Below, one piece after another: positions 1 to 11,100 of a stretch of DNA of 64,000 bases. A program made the translations under genes and the position numbers. The DNA lies in NCBI GenBank assembly GCA_963675595.2, contig CAXXLZ010000002.1:3296001-3360000 (forward strand), in the 5' to 3' direction. The notes under the pieces are model-generated. The model was given only the letters and a program-made list of their open reading frames with translations, was not told the DNA's origin and ran no database searches. The DNA is from Thermodesulfobacteriota bacterium (GTDB lineage: Bacteria > Desulfobacterota > Desulfarculia > JACQYL01). The first letter of the stretch is position 1, and every line of letters begins with the position of its first letter.

Positions 1-210
1 AATCGACCGGTGTGGTTTCAAGGTATGAGCATTCACATCAAAGACTTCGCTCCGCGATCCAAAAGAGGAATGCCCCAGCGGGACCACGTCGCGGTGATTA
101 TCAAACGGGATCGGGGTATTTGGCTCTACATCGCCGGCACGGTGCTGTTTACCTTGGGATTGCTCATGTATTTCCATGAATGGGTTCGAAAAAGGCAAGG
201 GAAGTGGTGA
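1..210 (+). CDS. 3' end of a ResB-like membrane protein (5' truncated by window edge)
   Basis: Frame open from base 1: NRPVWFQGMSIHIKDF...IIKRDRGIWLYIAGTVLFTLGLLMY, resembling the ResB C-terminal N-x-P...D-x-G plus TM helix pattern; TGA overlaps the next ATG. Confidence 0.5.
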   Translation, partial: NRPVWFQGMSIHIKDFAPRSKRGMPQRDHVAVIIKRDRGIWLYIAGTVLFTLGLLMYFHEWVRKRQGKW

Positions 211-1337
211 TGAAGAGACTCAACAGAATGATCGGATGGTGCTTGCCCGTCGTCTGCCTGACGTTGCTGACGCTGTGCGGTTGCCTGCAAGGTCGGCAGG
301 AAGGCGAAGGCTTCATCAACGTGGGGGAATTTACAGTCAAATCCCTCGACAACGGCTTGAAAGAACTGAGGGACGGACAGGGGCGCCGACTGGTTCTCGT
401 ACCCAGGGGTCAACAGGCCCCCCAAGGCTTTCGCAAGGAGGAGATCGTTCCCATACCCGTTCGTCGCGTGGTTGCCTATTCCACTCAGGAAGTGGCCATG
501 TTTCGAGCTTTGGGAGTGTTGGATACGCTCGTGGGCGTCACCACCAGGAAATGCGATTGGACGATGCGAGAAGTGGCTCGCGGGATGGAGGAAGGGAGAA
601 TCTCCTACCTCGGCGATTCCACTTCGGTGGACCTGGAGCGTTTGAAAGCCGCTCGTCCCGAAGTCGTTTTCACTTGGGACCAGAGTGTTGTCCCCATGCT
701 CGAAACCATGAACATTCCAGCGGTGATCACCTACACCGGCAGGGCCATGGACCTCGAGACGCGAGTTCGATTCATCCAATTCCTCGCGCCGTTTTTCGGA
801 AAAGAACGGGAAGCCGATCGTTTCGTAAAAACCGTTTTGGAGACCATTGCTGAGATTCGCCGAAAAACGGCCGACGTCAAACACAGGCCCAAAGTGATTT
901 GGGGGGATATCTACGAAAAACGGGTGATGGTGGAGCCGGGGAATTCATGGGTGGCGGAAATGATCAAGCTCGCCGGAGGAGACTATTTGTTCGAGGACAT
1001 CGGCGGCAGCCATTGACTGGAAATCACACTGGAAAGGTTTCTTTCCAGCGGAACCCGGGCGGATGTCTTCTTCACCTATCGAACGCCCCAATTCGGAGTG
1101 TCGTCCAAGGACGCCATCATGAGCATCAATCCCTTGATCAGAAATATCGCGCCCCTCAACCCCGCGGGTGAAACCTTTTCACCCTATCCGCTGTACGCGC
1201 AGTCCGGAGACGAACTGGCCGACGTCATCCGGGAAGTGGCTTCGATCCTTCATCCGGAGCTTTTCCGGCGGGAAAGAATCAAGTACTTCAGACGGCTTCC
1301 GCAGGAAGACCCCATGGATCGGACGGCGAGGAGATAA
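210..1337 (+). CDS. ABC transporter substrate-binding lipoprotein (BtuF/FecB class) with in-frame TGA at 1014-1016, probable selenocysteine (U269)
   Basis: ORFs 180..1016 and 1098..1337 share a frame; read-through gives ...EDIGGSH-U-LEITLERFLSSGTRADVFFTYR...ILHPELF; lipobox-like LTLCGC; IPVRRVV and DLERLKAARPEVVF motifs; stop overlaps the permease ATG. Confidence 0.85.
1014..1048 (+). promoter_or_regulatory. Putative bacterial SECIS element of the binding-protein gene
   Basis: TGA, 12 nt, then perfect 8-bp stem CTGGAAAG (1029-1036)/CTTTCCAG (1041-1048) with GTTT loop starting 20 nt after the TGA. Confidence 0.75.
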
Positions 1338-2359
1338 TGTCTGTAGGGAAAATCGACACAAACCACGGGATCGTGTTTTCAGCCTCTCTCGTCCTGCTGG
1401 TATCCGCGTTTGTCGTCAACGTGCTCATGGGGTCCGTGGAAATCTCTTTGGGACGGCTGGTGGAAATCGTGACTTCTTTTTCCACCGACGGCACCGAAGG
1501 ATTCATTGTTTGGAATATCCGAATGCCCCGGGCCGTGGCCGCGGCGCTGGGCGGTGCGTATCTCTCCGTGGCGGGTCTGCTGCTTCAGGTGTACTTCCGC
1601 AATCCCGTGGTGGGTCCGTTCATTTTGGGCATCAGTCACGGAGCGACTCTCACCGTATCGGTGGTCATGCTCACGAGTTACGGTTTGGGGCTGCCCCGTG
1701 TCAGTCCGTTCATGAGCACGATCGCGGCCTTCATCGGGGCCTACGGGACCATGGCGGTGGTGATCGGTATCGCGAGCAGACTCAGAAGCGGCATTACGTT
1801 GCTCATCACGGGACTGATGATCGGCTATTTGTGCATGGCCGTCACGAACGTGCTCATCGCTTTCGCCGAGCAGGAGAAGATCAAAGGATTCGTGCTCTGG
1901 CAATTGGGAAGTTTCGCGGGTTTCAAATGGATTGAAATCGAAGTCCTGGTCTACGTGGGGTGCTCGATCCTCACCGGCGTCTATCTTCTGAGCAAGCCCC
2001 TGAACGCTTTCTTGCTGGGAGAGGAATACGCGTCCACCATGGGGGTCAATATTCGTTTATTCCGGATTCTGATTCTTCTTTGCGCCTGCGCCCTGGCCGG
2101 CATGGTGACCTCCGTGGCGGGACCGGTGGCCTTCGTGGGACTTGCGGTGCCTCATCTGACGCGACTTTGCTTCGGCACGTCGGACAACCGCATTCTGATC
2201 CCCGGGGCCGTTCTCATGGGCGGCGCCGTGACCTGTCTTTGCGACCTCATCGCCAGACTGGTCTTCGCTCCCGTGGAACTACCCATCAGCGCCATTACGG
2301 CTCTGTTCGGGGCTCCCATCGTCATCAGCCTGCTCCTCAAGAAAGGAGCCTACATATGA
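1337..2359 (+). CDS. Iron-chelate/cobalamin ABC transporter permease (FecCD/BtuC family)
   Basis: IRMPR, FRNPVVGPFILGISHGA, LGEEYASTMGV, GPVAFVGLAVPH, CDLIAR, GAP motifs; multiple TM helices. Confidence 0.93.
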   Translation: MSVGKIDTNHGIVFSASLVLLVSAFVVNVLMGSVEISLGRLVEIVTSFSTDGTEGFIVWNIRMPRAVAAALGGAYLSVAGLLLQVYFRNPVVGPFILGISHGATLTVSVVMLTSYGLGLPRVSPFMSTIAAFIGAYGTMAVVIGIASRLRSGITLLITGLMIGYLCMAVTNVLIAFAEQEKIKGFVLWQLGSFAGFKWIEIEVLVYVGCSILTGVYLLSKPLNAFLLGEEYASTMGVNIRLFRILILLCACALAGMVTSVAGPVAFVGLAVPHLTRLCFGTSDNRILIPGAVLMGGAVTCLCDLIARLVFAPVELPISAITALFGAPIVISLLLKKGAYI

Positions 2360-3597
2360 CCCGTCCCGTTCCAAGAACTCGGGTCATTGAAACGCGCAAC
2401 CTGGCCGTGGGTTACGGACCAAAGGTCGTTCTCGACCATTTGAACGTTCATGTGGACGAAGGCAGTTTCGTAAGTCTCCTGGGACCCAACGGAGCGGGGA
2501 AGACCACGTTTCTCCGGACTCTGGCGCGCCTACTCCCGGTAATCAAAGGCAGCGTGTTCATTCGGGGAAAGGAGTTGGAGCTCTACTCGGCATCCGAACT
2601 GGCCAGGCGCCTTTCCGTTGTGCTCACGAACCGGGTGTCCCCCGGACTGTTCACCGCCTTTGAATTCGCGGCGCTCGGCCGCTATCCGCACACGGGGTTT
2701 TTGGGAAAGTTGAGCGACGCGGACCGAGACGTCACCCGGCATTGCCTGAAACTCGTTCATGCGGAAGACTTGGCGGAGCGGCGTCTGGATACCCTCAGCG
2801 ACGGTGAGCGGCAGAAAATCCTGGTGGCCCGCGCACTGGCCCAGGAGCCCAAGATCATCCTGCTGGACGAACCCACCCTGCATCTGGACCTGAAACACCG
2901 GATCGAATTGATGGCCATCCTGCAGCGCCTTTGCCGGGATGAGGGTATCTCGGTGGTGGCCTCGCTTCACGACGTTGATATCGCCGCGAAAGTTTCCGAC
3001 CAAGTGGGATTGATCAAAGGAGGAACCTTGATCCGGTGGGGTGCTCCGGAAGATGTTCTTCAGGAAGACGCGGTAGCGTCTTTGTACGACTTCAACGGCG
3101 CAAGTTTCAATCGCCGGCTGGGGAGCATCGAACTAAAGGGCGGCGGGGGGCGACAACGGGTTTGCGTGATCGCGGGAATGGGCAGCGGCGCGGTCTTGTA
3201 TCGTCTCTTGGCCAAACGGGGATACGTCTTGTCCACGGGAGTGCTCCCCTCCAACGACGTGGATGCCTACGTGGCCGCTTCCCTTAGCGCGGAGTGCGTG
3301 ACCAACTCGCCCATGGAAGCGATTTCCGATGAAGCGTTCCGGAAAACGAAGGAGCATATTCTGGAAGCCGATTTCGTTATCGACGCCGGCTTCGAGGTGG
3401 GCTCTTTGAACGAAAGAAACGTGGAACTGCTTCGGTTCGCCATGGAACAGAACAAGCCGGTTTACGGGCGATTGCCCGAGGGCGGCGTCGTTCCGCATCG
3501 GAACGGGGTGAGCTCCCGCATACCGTTCTATGCTTCGGAGCATGAGTTGATTGAAGAGGTGGAGGCGGCTCTTGCCCGAAGAAGGCCGGAGGCATGA
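2356..3597 (+). CDS. ABC transporter ATP-binding protein (FepC/BtuD-like) with about 150-aa C-terminal extension
   Basis: Walker A GPNGAGKTT, signature LSDGERQ, Walker B ILLDEPT, H-loop SLHD; ATG at 2356 overlaps permease stop (ORF track start 1960 is too far upstream). Confidence 0.92.
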   Translation: MTRPVPRTRVIETRNLAVGYGPKVVLDHLNVHVDEGSFVSLLGPNGAGKTTFLRTLARLLPVIKGSVFIRGKELELYSASELARRLSVVLTNRVSPGLFTAFEFAALGRYPHTGFLGKLSDADRDVTRHCLKLVHAEDLAERRLDTLSDGERQKILVARALAQEPKIILLDEPTLHLDLKHRIELMAILQRLCRDEGISVVASLHDVDIAAKVSDQVGLIKGGTLIRWGAPEDVLQEDAVASLYDFNGASFNRRLGSIELKGGGGRQRVCVIAGMGSGAVLYRLLAKRGYVLSTGVLPSNDVDAYVAASLSAECVTNSPMEAISDEAFRKTKEHILEADFVIDAGFEVGSLNERNVELLRFAMEQNKPVYGRLPEGGVVPHRNGVSSRIPFYASEHELIEEVEAALARRRPEA

Positions 3598-3679
3598 TGC
3601 GGTTTGCCTTTTTCTGGACGTCTCCCGATGCCGGCTGTTCGGTGCTCGGTGGAGGCTTTCGACATTGCAGGGAAGAGTG

Positions 3680-5689
3680 ATGAACGGAAATCAGGGTTTT
3701 CCCTTTTCGGCCATTGTCGGCCAGGAGAATTATAAGCTCGCCCTGATCCTCAATGCGGTCAACCCTCGGGTGGGGGGCGTGCTCATCCGAGGGGAAAAGG
3801 GCACCGCCAAGTCAACGGCGGTCAGGGCTCTGGCGGACCTGCTTCCGCGGGTCGAGGTGGTGGAAGGGTGCGCTTATGCGTGCGATCCCGGACGGCCCGA
3901 GGAACTCTGCGAATCCTGCGAAAGGCTGGGAGGGTCGATGCCGACGAGGCTGAAACGAAGGCCGGTGGTGACGCTGCCTCTGAATGCCACGGAGGATCGC
4001 GTCGCCGGGGGTATCGACTTCGATTCGGCCGTCAGGCAGGGCGTGCGGGTGCTTCAGCCCGGGCTGCTGGCCAGGGCGCACCGGGGGATTCTTTACGTGG
4101 ATGAAGTGAACCTGCTGGACGATCATCTGGTGGACATCATCCTGGATGCGGCGGCTTCCGGAGAAAACAGGATCGAAAGGGAGGGCGTCTCCCATCGCCA
4201 TCCGTCCCGTTTCATTCTGGTGGGAACCATGAATCCCGAGGAAGGCGAACTGCGTCCTCAACTGCTCGACCGTTTCGGCCTCTGCGTGGAAGTGACCGGG
4301 GAGCAAGACATCGAGAAACGTATGGAACTCATGAAACTCCGGGAGGAATTCGATTCCGATCCGAAGGGGTTCGTCCAGCGTTTCGCCGAGGAAAACAGGG
4401 AGATCGCCGCCCGCATTGATCGGGCCTGTGCCGCGCTGGAAACCGTAAGAATGGCCAAGCACCTCCGTTCCTTCATCGGTGAGCTCTGTGGGGAAAACCA
4501 TGTGGCCGGGCATCGCGCGGATTTGGTCGTCGAACAGGCGGCCAGGGCTTTGGCTGCTTATATGGGGCGCGGCGAAGTCACCGTGGAGGACATTCAGGAA
4601 GTGGCGCCCATGGCCCTGATGCATCGAAAGCGGGATGTCGCCCCACCACCTCCGCCTCCTCCGCCCGAGCCCGAAGACCGGCCTCCGGACCAAGGGGAAG
4701 CCGAGTCCGGGAAGGAACAGCAAGAGGAGCCGTCTGAAAAGACACCGTCGGAGGAGGAGAATGAAGCGCTTCCGCCCCAAGACTTGCCTCCGCCTGATCC
4801 GGGCGAGAAAGAGCGGGACCGAGAGGGGGAACAAGACGTTTTGGAGCGGATTTTTGAGGTGGGGGCCACCTTCAAGGTGAGAAGCTTCCAGGCGCGAAAG
4901 GATCGCCTCCTGCGGCGAGGTTCCGGCAGACGTTCCCGTTCCCGGGTATCGCAGAAACAGGGTCGCTACGTAAGAAGCACGAACCGGGAAATCAACGGAG
5001 ACATCGCATTGGACGCCACGCTTCGGGCGGCGGCGCCCCACCAGCTCAGGCGCAGAGGAGAAAGCGATCTGGCGGTATGCCTGCGCCCGGATGACATACG
5101 GGAAAAGATTCGGGAAAAACGTATCGGCAATTTCCTGCTCTTTCTGGTGGACGCCAGCGGTTCCATGGGGGCCAGAGGCCGGATGGCCGCATCCAAGGGA
5201 GCCATCATGTCCTTGCTGCTGGATGCTTATCAGAAGCGGGACCAGGTGGCCATGGTTTCATTCAGAAAGCGGGAAGCGGTGCTGAACCTACCTCCCACCT
5301 CCTCCGTTGAAATGGCCGGAAAGCTCCTGGAAGAAATGCCCGTGGGGGGGCGGACTCCTTTGGCTGCGGGCCTGGTAAAGGCATACGAAGTCCTGAGAAG
5401 CCGGCTTCTGAAAGACCCGTCGTCCAGACCTTTTGTAATCGTCATCACCGACGGAAAAGCCAATGCGGGGCTCGGTGAAGGGAGCCCGTTGGATGAAGCC
5501 TTCGCTTTGGCGAGCCGATTGGCGCTGGATGAAAGGCTCCATTTCATCGTGGTCGATACGGAAGAGGAAAACGTGGTTTCCTTCGGCCTTGCCCGCAAAC
5601 TGGCCATGATTCTGAGAGGGAGCTATTTCAGGATCGAAGACCTCAAAGCGGAGAACCTGGTGGAAATCATCAAAGGAAAGGCTGCATGA
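3680..5689 (+). CDS. Chelatase ChlD/BchD-like subunit (AAA+ domain, Pro/acidic linker, VWA domain)
   Basis: [47 protein letters not shown]; poly-Pro linker; MIDAS motif VDASGSM; ITDGKAN. Confidence 0.93.
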   Translation: MNGNQGFPFSAIVGQENYKLALILNAVNPRVGGVLIRGEKGTAKSTAVRALADLLPRVEVVEGCAYACDPGRPEELCESCERLGGSMPTRLKRRPVVTLPLNATEDRVAGGIDFDSAVRQGVRVLQPGLLARAHRGILYVDEVNLLDDHLVDIILDAAASGENRIEREGVSHRHPSRFILVGTMNPEEGELRPQLLDRFGLCVEVTGEQDIEKRMELMKLREEFDSDPKGFVQRFAEENREIAARIDRACAALETVRMAKHLRSFIGELCGENHVAGHRADLVVEQAARALAAYMGRGEVTVEDIQEVAPMALMHRKRDVAPPPPPPPPEPEDRPPDQGEAESGKEQQEEPSEKTPSEEENEALPPQDLPPPDPGEKERDREGEQDVLERIFEVGATFKVRSFQARKDRLLRRGSGRRSRSRVSQKQGRYVRSTNREINGDIALDATLRAAAPHQLRRRGESDLAVCLRPDDIREKIREKRIGNFLLFLVDASGSMGARGRMAASKGAIMSLLLDAYQKRDQVAMVSFRKREAVLNLPPTSSVEMAGKLLEEMPVGGRTPLAAGLVKAYEVLRSRLLKDPSSRPFVIVITDGKANAGLGEGSPLDEAFALASRLALDERLHFIVVDTEEENVVSFGLARKLAMILRGSYFRIEDLKAENLVEIIKGKAA

Positions 5690-6732
5690 AGAAGGGACCC
5701 ATTTACCCGTTTACCGCCATTGTAGGCCAGGAAAAGATGAAGCTGGCCCTTATTCTCAATGTGATCAATCCGACCCTGTCGGGAGTGCTGATTCGCGGCG
5801 AAAAGGGCACGGCCAAGTCCACCGCGGTGCGCGCACTGGCCGAGATTCTGCCGGAAATCCAGGTGGTCGAGAACAATCCGTTTCAATTGTCTCCCGAAGA
5901 GGTTCGCGAACAGGAAGGGGACCTGTTCCAAGTGGCCGGGCGCGAGCAACCGGCGTCCGACGGAAGACCCGCAACGATCCGACGGAAGGTCAGGGTGGTG
6001 GAACTACCCGTGGGCGCCACGGAAGACCGCGTTGTCGGCACCCTGGACCTGGAACACGCCCTCAAGAAGGGAGAGAAGCGGATCGAACCGGGTATCCTGG
6101 CCTCCGCTCACCGTGGGATTCTTTATGTGGACGAAGTGAACCTGTTGGACGATCACGTGGTGGACGTCTTGCTGGATTCGGCGGCCATGGGAGTCAACAC
6201 CATCGAGCGCGAGGGCGTTTCTTTTTCGCATCCGGCTCGATTCACATTGGTCGGCACCATGAATCCCGAAGAAGGCGAACTGCGGCCCCAGCTTCTGGAC
6301 CGTTTCGGCTTGTGCGTCCATATCGAGGGCATCCACGAGCTGGAAAGTCGCGTGGAAATCATGGAACGTCGCGCCGCATTCGAGGAAGACCCGGAACGAT
6401 TCGTGGAAAGATGGGCTCCGGCCTCACGGGAACTCACCGAAAGAATTCAACGGGCCGGCGAACTTTATCCTCAGGTGGAAATGGATCGGTCTCATTTGAG
6501 TGAAATCGCCCGCTACTGCTTGGACGTGGGCGTGGACGGTCATCGGGGCGATATCGTCATTCTCAAGACGTCCAAGACCCTGGCTGCTTATCACGGAAGG
6601 ACCCGGGTGGAAGAGGAGGACATCGGGCAGGCCGCGGAACTCGCCTTGCCCCATCGGATTCGCCGTCAACCGCTCCAGGACGTCGTGTTCGACGTGCGCG
6701 GCATGCAGCCCGCTGGGGGAGGCGTCGTGTGA
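5686..6732 (+). CDS. Chelatase ChlI/BchI-like AAA+ subunit
   Basis: [50 protein letters not shown]; ATGA overlap with upstream gene. Confidence 0.93.
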   Translation: MKKGPIYPFTAIVGQEKMKLALILNVINPTLSGVLIRGEKGTAKSTAVRALAEILPEIQVVENNPFQLSPEEVREQEGDLFQVAGREQPASDGRPATIRRKVRVVELPVGATEDRVVGTLDLEHALKKGEKRIEPGILASAHRGILYVDEVNLLDDHVVDVLLDSAAMGVNTIEREGVSFSHPARFTLVGTMNPEEGELRPQLLDRFGLCVHIEGIHELESRVEIMERRAAFEEDPERFVERWAPASRELTERIQRAGELYPQVEMDRSHLSEIARYCLDVGVDGHRGDIVILKTSKTLAAYHGRTRVEEEDIGQAAELALPHRIRRQPLQDVVFDVRGMQPAGGGVV

Positions 6733-6817
6733 CAGGGCGTTGAAAGACACGACCTGCGGCGTTGCGTTGCATGTCGTCGTTCTTACGTAGGCTGCAGCAC
6801 CTGCGTTTTTGCGGCCC
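6732..6817. repeat. Degenerate, shortened copy of the ~125-bp intergenic repeat
   Basis: ACAGGGCGTTGAAAGACACGACCTGCGGCGTTGCG resembles the left end of 13792-13914; ends in CGTTTTTGCGGCCC; follows a stop codon. Confidence 0.45.
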
Positions 6818-6873
6818 GGCGGGCATGTATTGGGAACGGCAGGCCTAAAGCGAACCTTCGACCGTGGTAATCG

Positions 6874-7998
6874 TTGAAGATGAAGGGCGACACGCGCAAA
6901 GAGGAATTCGCACCCCGGTATCTGGTGTTGTTCGTAACCACGGCGTGTAATCTGCAATGTCCCTATTGCTACGCAGACGACCTACGGGCAAAGAAGCCGA
7001 TGCCGTGGGAGGTGGCGGAGGCCGCTCTCAACCGGGTTGCGCACGGCGGCTTTCCGTTTCATGTGCAGTTGACCGGCGGTGAACCCACGTTGGAACCGGT
7101 TCTGGTCGAGAAGATCGCGTCTTGGTTGCGTTCCCGGCGACTACCGGCAAAAGTGGCTCTTCAAACGAACGGCACATGCTTGGACGAAGGGCTGGTCCGG
7201 ATTCTTCAAGAAAGAGAAGTCCAAATCGGTGTAAGTATCGACGGGTCTCCCTCGGTCCACGATCGCATTAGAGGCGGCGTTGTCGGGACGCTGAAAGGAC
7301 TGGACCTGCTGAGTCGCATGGGGGTCCCTTTCCGCACGACAACGGTGGTCACCCAAAGGAATGCGGCCGTCCTGGACCAGCCGGCGCTGATGCTCGCACG
7401 ATATCCGAATTTGCAGGGTATGGCTCTGGACTTGCCGGTACGTAAAGGGCGCATGATTTCAAGGGGCGAAGCGCTCTGTTGCGATCCGGAGTCTCTGGCT
7501 GCCGGCGTTGCCAAGCTGGTGAAGACCATCGACAGACTGAACGGGACCCGCCGACACCCTATTTCGCTGAGAGAATGGGAGAGGCTGCGTTCGTCGAGAA
7601 GAGAGGCGGCCCCAACGGACTATTGCCATGCATGCCGGGGCGAAAGCATGGCGGTTTTGCCGGACGGGTCCGTTTATCCCTGTTCCCAGACAGCCGGGGA
7701 TCCGGCGCTGCAATCGGGCCGGATCGACCGATGGGAATCGGTCCGACCGCGGATGCTCGGGAGGCGCAGTCTCCGTGAGGTTGCCGGGGAGGATTGCAGG
7801 ACCTGTATTGCGGAGCCTTTCTGTCCCGATGATTGTCCAAGCCGATTGCGCTACAACGACCCGCCGACCATCAAATCGGCGTGCGTTCTCTATCGCACGA
7901 TTGTCTCGTTGAGGGCCGGCGGAAGAGACGACGGCGAAGCGTGGACTTCGAAGGACGGTTCGTTCCGACGGGCGGCCCTGGATAAGGGCGACGGGTGA
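6874..7998 (+). CDS. Radical SAM protein with C-terminal SPASM/twitch-like Cys cluster
   Basis: CNLQCPYC, TGGEP, QTNG, VSIDG; C-terminal CHAC...DGSVYPC...CRTC...FCPDDCP...C. Confidence 0.9.
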   Translation: MKMKGDTRKEEFAPRYLVLFVTTACNLQCPYCYADDLRAKKPMPWEVAEAALNRVAHGGFPFHVQLTGGEPTLEPVLVEKIASWLRSRRLPAKVALQTNGTCLDEGLVRILQEREVQIGVSIDGSPSVHDRIRGGVVGTLKGLDLLSRMGVPFRTTTVVTQRNAAVLDQPALMLARYPNLQGMALDLPVRKGRMISRGEALCCDPESLAAGVAKLVKTIDRLNGTRRHPISLREWERLRSSRREAAPTDYCHACRGESMAVLPDGSVYPCSQTAGDPALQSGRIDRWESVRPRMLGRRSLREVAGEDCRTCIAEPFCPDDCPSRLRYNDPPTIKSACVLYRTIVSLRAGGRDDGEAWTSKDGSFRRAALDKGDG

Positions 7999-8111
7999 TG
8001 AGTCGGGAGAGTCCGCAACCGTTCGTCGAACGTTCGTTCTTCCTCGACTTCACAGCGAAGAAGGCGCCGTCGCGGTGAGTCGACTCCTCAAACCAATGTG
8101 AGGTGTCTCCT

Positions 8112-11100
8112 ATGAATCCTTACAGATTGTGCTACTTTTCGGCGACCGCTCTCGAGATTCCGTCCCTGAGAAGAGGACTGGACCTGTATCTGACGGATGG
8201 AGGGCGGGTCCGGGTCACCGCTCGCACCAACAACCAGCTTTTCGATGAAGCGCGGATCAAGGCTTTTGTCAAAGACGCCATGAAATCGGATGCGGTGATC
8301 GTCGTGCTGCACGGCGGCAAGGCGTCATGCGCGGCTTTCGACGCGCTGATAGCGGAATTTTCGGACCCCAAACGCAACGGAAGCAAAGCGCCTTACCTGC
8401 ACATTAAAGCGGATGTCGGCGATGAGGAAGGATTGTTCCTGGCCGGGGAGTATTCCGCGGAATTCGGTACCGAGAACTGGGACATCATATCCAGCTACGT
8501 TTCTTACGGCGGCCCGGTGAACTTTCGCCAGCTTTTCAGGTTCCTCGGCAACATCGTCGCGGACGACGACGTCGGTTGCGTGCCTCCCGAGCCGACGCCG
8601 GGAGAAGGGATTTATCATCCCGATGTCGCGGGCGTTCCTTCTTTGGACGAGTACCTGAAAGCCAAAGTGGATCCCTCGAAAATCACCGTGGGACTCTGGT
8701 TCTATCACTCCTATTGGATCAACAACAACCTCGAGCATATCAATGCCTTGATCAAGGAAGTCGAGAGCCGGGGGGCCAATGTCATCGCCGTTTTTCACCG
8801 AAGGTTCAAGGATGAGTCCTTGGGCACTCGAGGGGCCGATTACGTGGTGGATCATTTTTTTATGGAAAACGGGACGCCCCGAATCGATGCACTCATCAAT
8901 CCCATGAATTTTTCCCTTTCTCTTTTCTCACCGGAGTATGAAGGGTTGCTGGAGCGCCTGGATGTGCCCGTGATCCAGGCCCTGACCACGAGTCAACCCT
9001 ACGAGGTCTGGAAGGCCGGCGTCCAGGGCATGTCGAGCATGGAAGTCTCTTACGCGGCGGCTCAGCCCGAATTCGACGGAGCGTTGATCTCCGTGCCGGT
9101 GAGCACGCGGGAAGAAAATGAGACGGACCCGTTCACCGGCGCCCTGTTGTCCCGTATGGTTCCCATTCCCGATAGGGTTCGAAAGGTGGTTTCTCTGGCG
9201 CTCAACTGGGCCAAACTGAGAAAGAAAAGTCCGGACGGAAAGAAGATCGCCGTTATTTTTCACAACTATCCCCCCAGGAACGACCGCATCGGGTGCGCCG
9301 CAGGCCTGGACAGCTTCGAGAGCGTCAAACTGCTCCTGGATCGTATGAAGGAACAGGGGTACGTGGTTGAACAAACCTACGAGAACGGCGATGAATTGGC
9401 GCAAGAGATGGTCGAACGAATGACCTGCGACCAAAGATGGCTCACACCGGAACGGATGTCGGAAAAGGCGGAGGCGCGTGCCGGTCGAGAAGGTTATCTT
9501 CCTTGGCATGCGGCTCTTCCCGACGGAGTCCGATCGAAAATGCGGGAGGATTGGGGGGAGGTCCCCGGGGATCTCTTCGTCTACCGGGATGAAATGATGT
9601 TTCCGGGCATGATCAACGGGAACATTTTTCTTACCATTCAGCCTCCCAGGGGATACCTGGAAAACGTGGATAAGATTTATCATGACCTCTACCTCTCCCC
9701 GCCTCACCACTACCTGGCTCAGTATCGTTGGATCAGGGACGTATTCCGGGCGGACGCCGTGATGCATGTGGGCAAGCACGGGTCTCTGGAATGGCTTCCG
9801 GGCAAAGCGTTGGGCTTGAGCGAGGAGTGCTTTCCCGATCTCTCCATCATGGATTTGCCCAACGTTTATCCCTACATCATCAACGATCCGAGCGAAGGAA
9901 CTCAGGCCAAGCGCCGTTCCTATTGCTGTATCATCGACCACCTGACCCCGGTCTTTTCCAATGCCGATCTCTACGAGGACCTGACTCAGGTGGAATCCGC
10001 GTTGAAGGATTATGAAGACGCCGTTCGGGAGAACCCCGGCAAGCTCGACGTTTTGCGTCCCATGCTCTGGGAAGCCGTGGTCAAAGCGGATCTGGACAAG
10101 GATTTGGAAATGAACGAGGAATCCGCTTTCGCGGATTTCGAGAAGTTCCGGGAACAACTGCACGGTTACCTATCCGAACTGCGCGATACCATGATCAACG
10201 ACGGACTTCACATCATGGGAACGGCCCCTCGAGATGACCGCCTGGTGGAATTCCTCACGCAACTCACCCGACTCCCCAATGGAGCCGTCCCTTCCTTGAG
10301 GGAGGCTCTTGTCGCATATAAAGGATATGACTACGACGAGTTGCTCGAGAACCGGGGAAGCCGGTTCGCCGGTTCCGGCGATAAGACCGGAGGCATGTTG
10401 ATCGGTGAGGTCCATGAGCTGGCTCTGGAGCTGGTGGGCGGGCTGTCTTCCGAAGATTACGATCCGGAGCGGGCTTCCGCGGCGGTGGAGTCGGTATTGG
10501 GGAGGAGCGTTCCGGAAGTCCTGGAAATCGCGGACTACATTTGCCGGAATCTCGTTCCCGACATTCGTCGCGTGTCGGATGAGATCGATGCGAGTCTGCG
10601 GGCTTTCCAGGGTCGGTTCGTGCCGCCGGGACCTTCGGGCGCTCCCACCAGGGGGCAGGCGGACATTCTTCCCACGGGCCGCAATTTCTTTTCGGTGGAC
10701 CCCTCCAAGATTCCGACTCCCGGGGCCTGGGAGGTGGGCATAAGGCTCGGCGACGCTTTGATCGATCGATGCTTGCAGGAAAACGGAGAATATCCCGAAG
10801 GGATCGGCATTGTTTTGTGGGGCGGGGCCACCATGCGCTCCAAGGGAGACGATCTTGCCGAAATTCTCTACCTCATGGGGGTGAAGCCCGTATGGCAAAA
10901 GGGGAGCGGTCGGGTGACCGGGGTTGAGGTGATTCCCGTGTCGGAACTCAAACGCCCCAGATTGGATGTGACGCCTCGCATTTCGGGTTTTTTTCGAGAC
11001 GCGTTTCCCAACCTGGTGGAATTGATGGACGATGCGGTGCGCATGGTCGCCGCTCTCAAAGAACCTTTCGAATGCAACATGCTTCGGAGGAACGTGCTTC

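Noticed and set aside
1014-1016. Binding-protein gene as a nonsense pseudogene
   Set aside because: Disfavoured, not excluded: single TGA, no other lesions, SECIS-like hairpin matching selD and peroxiredoxin, intact partner genes
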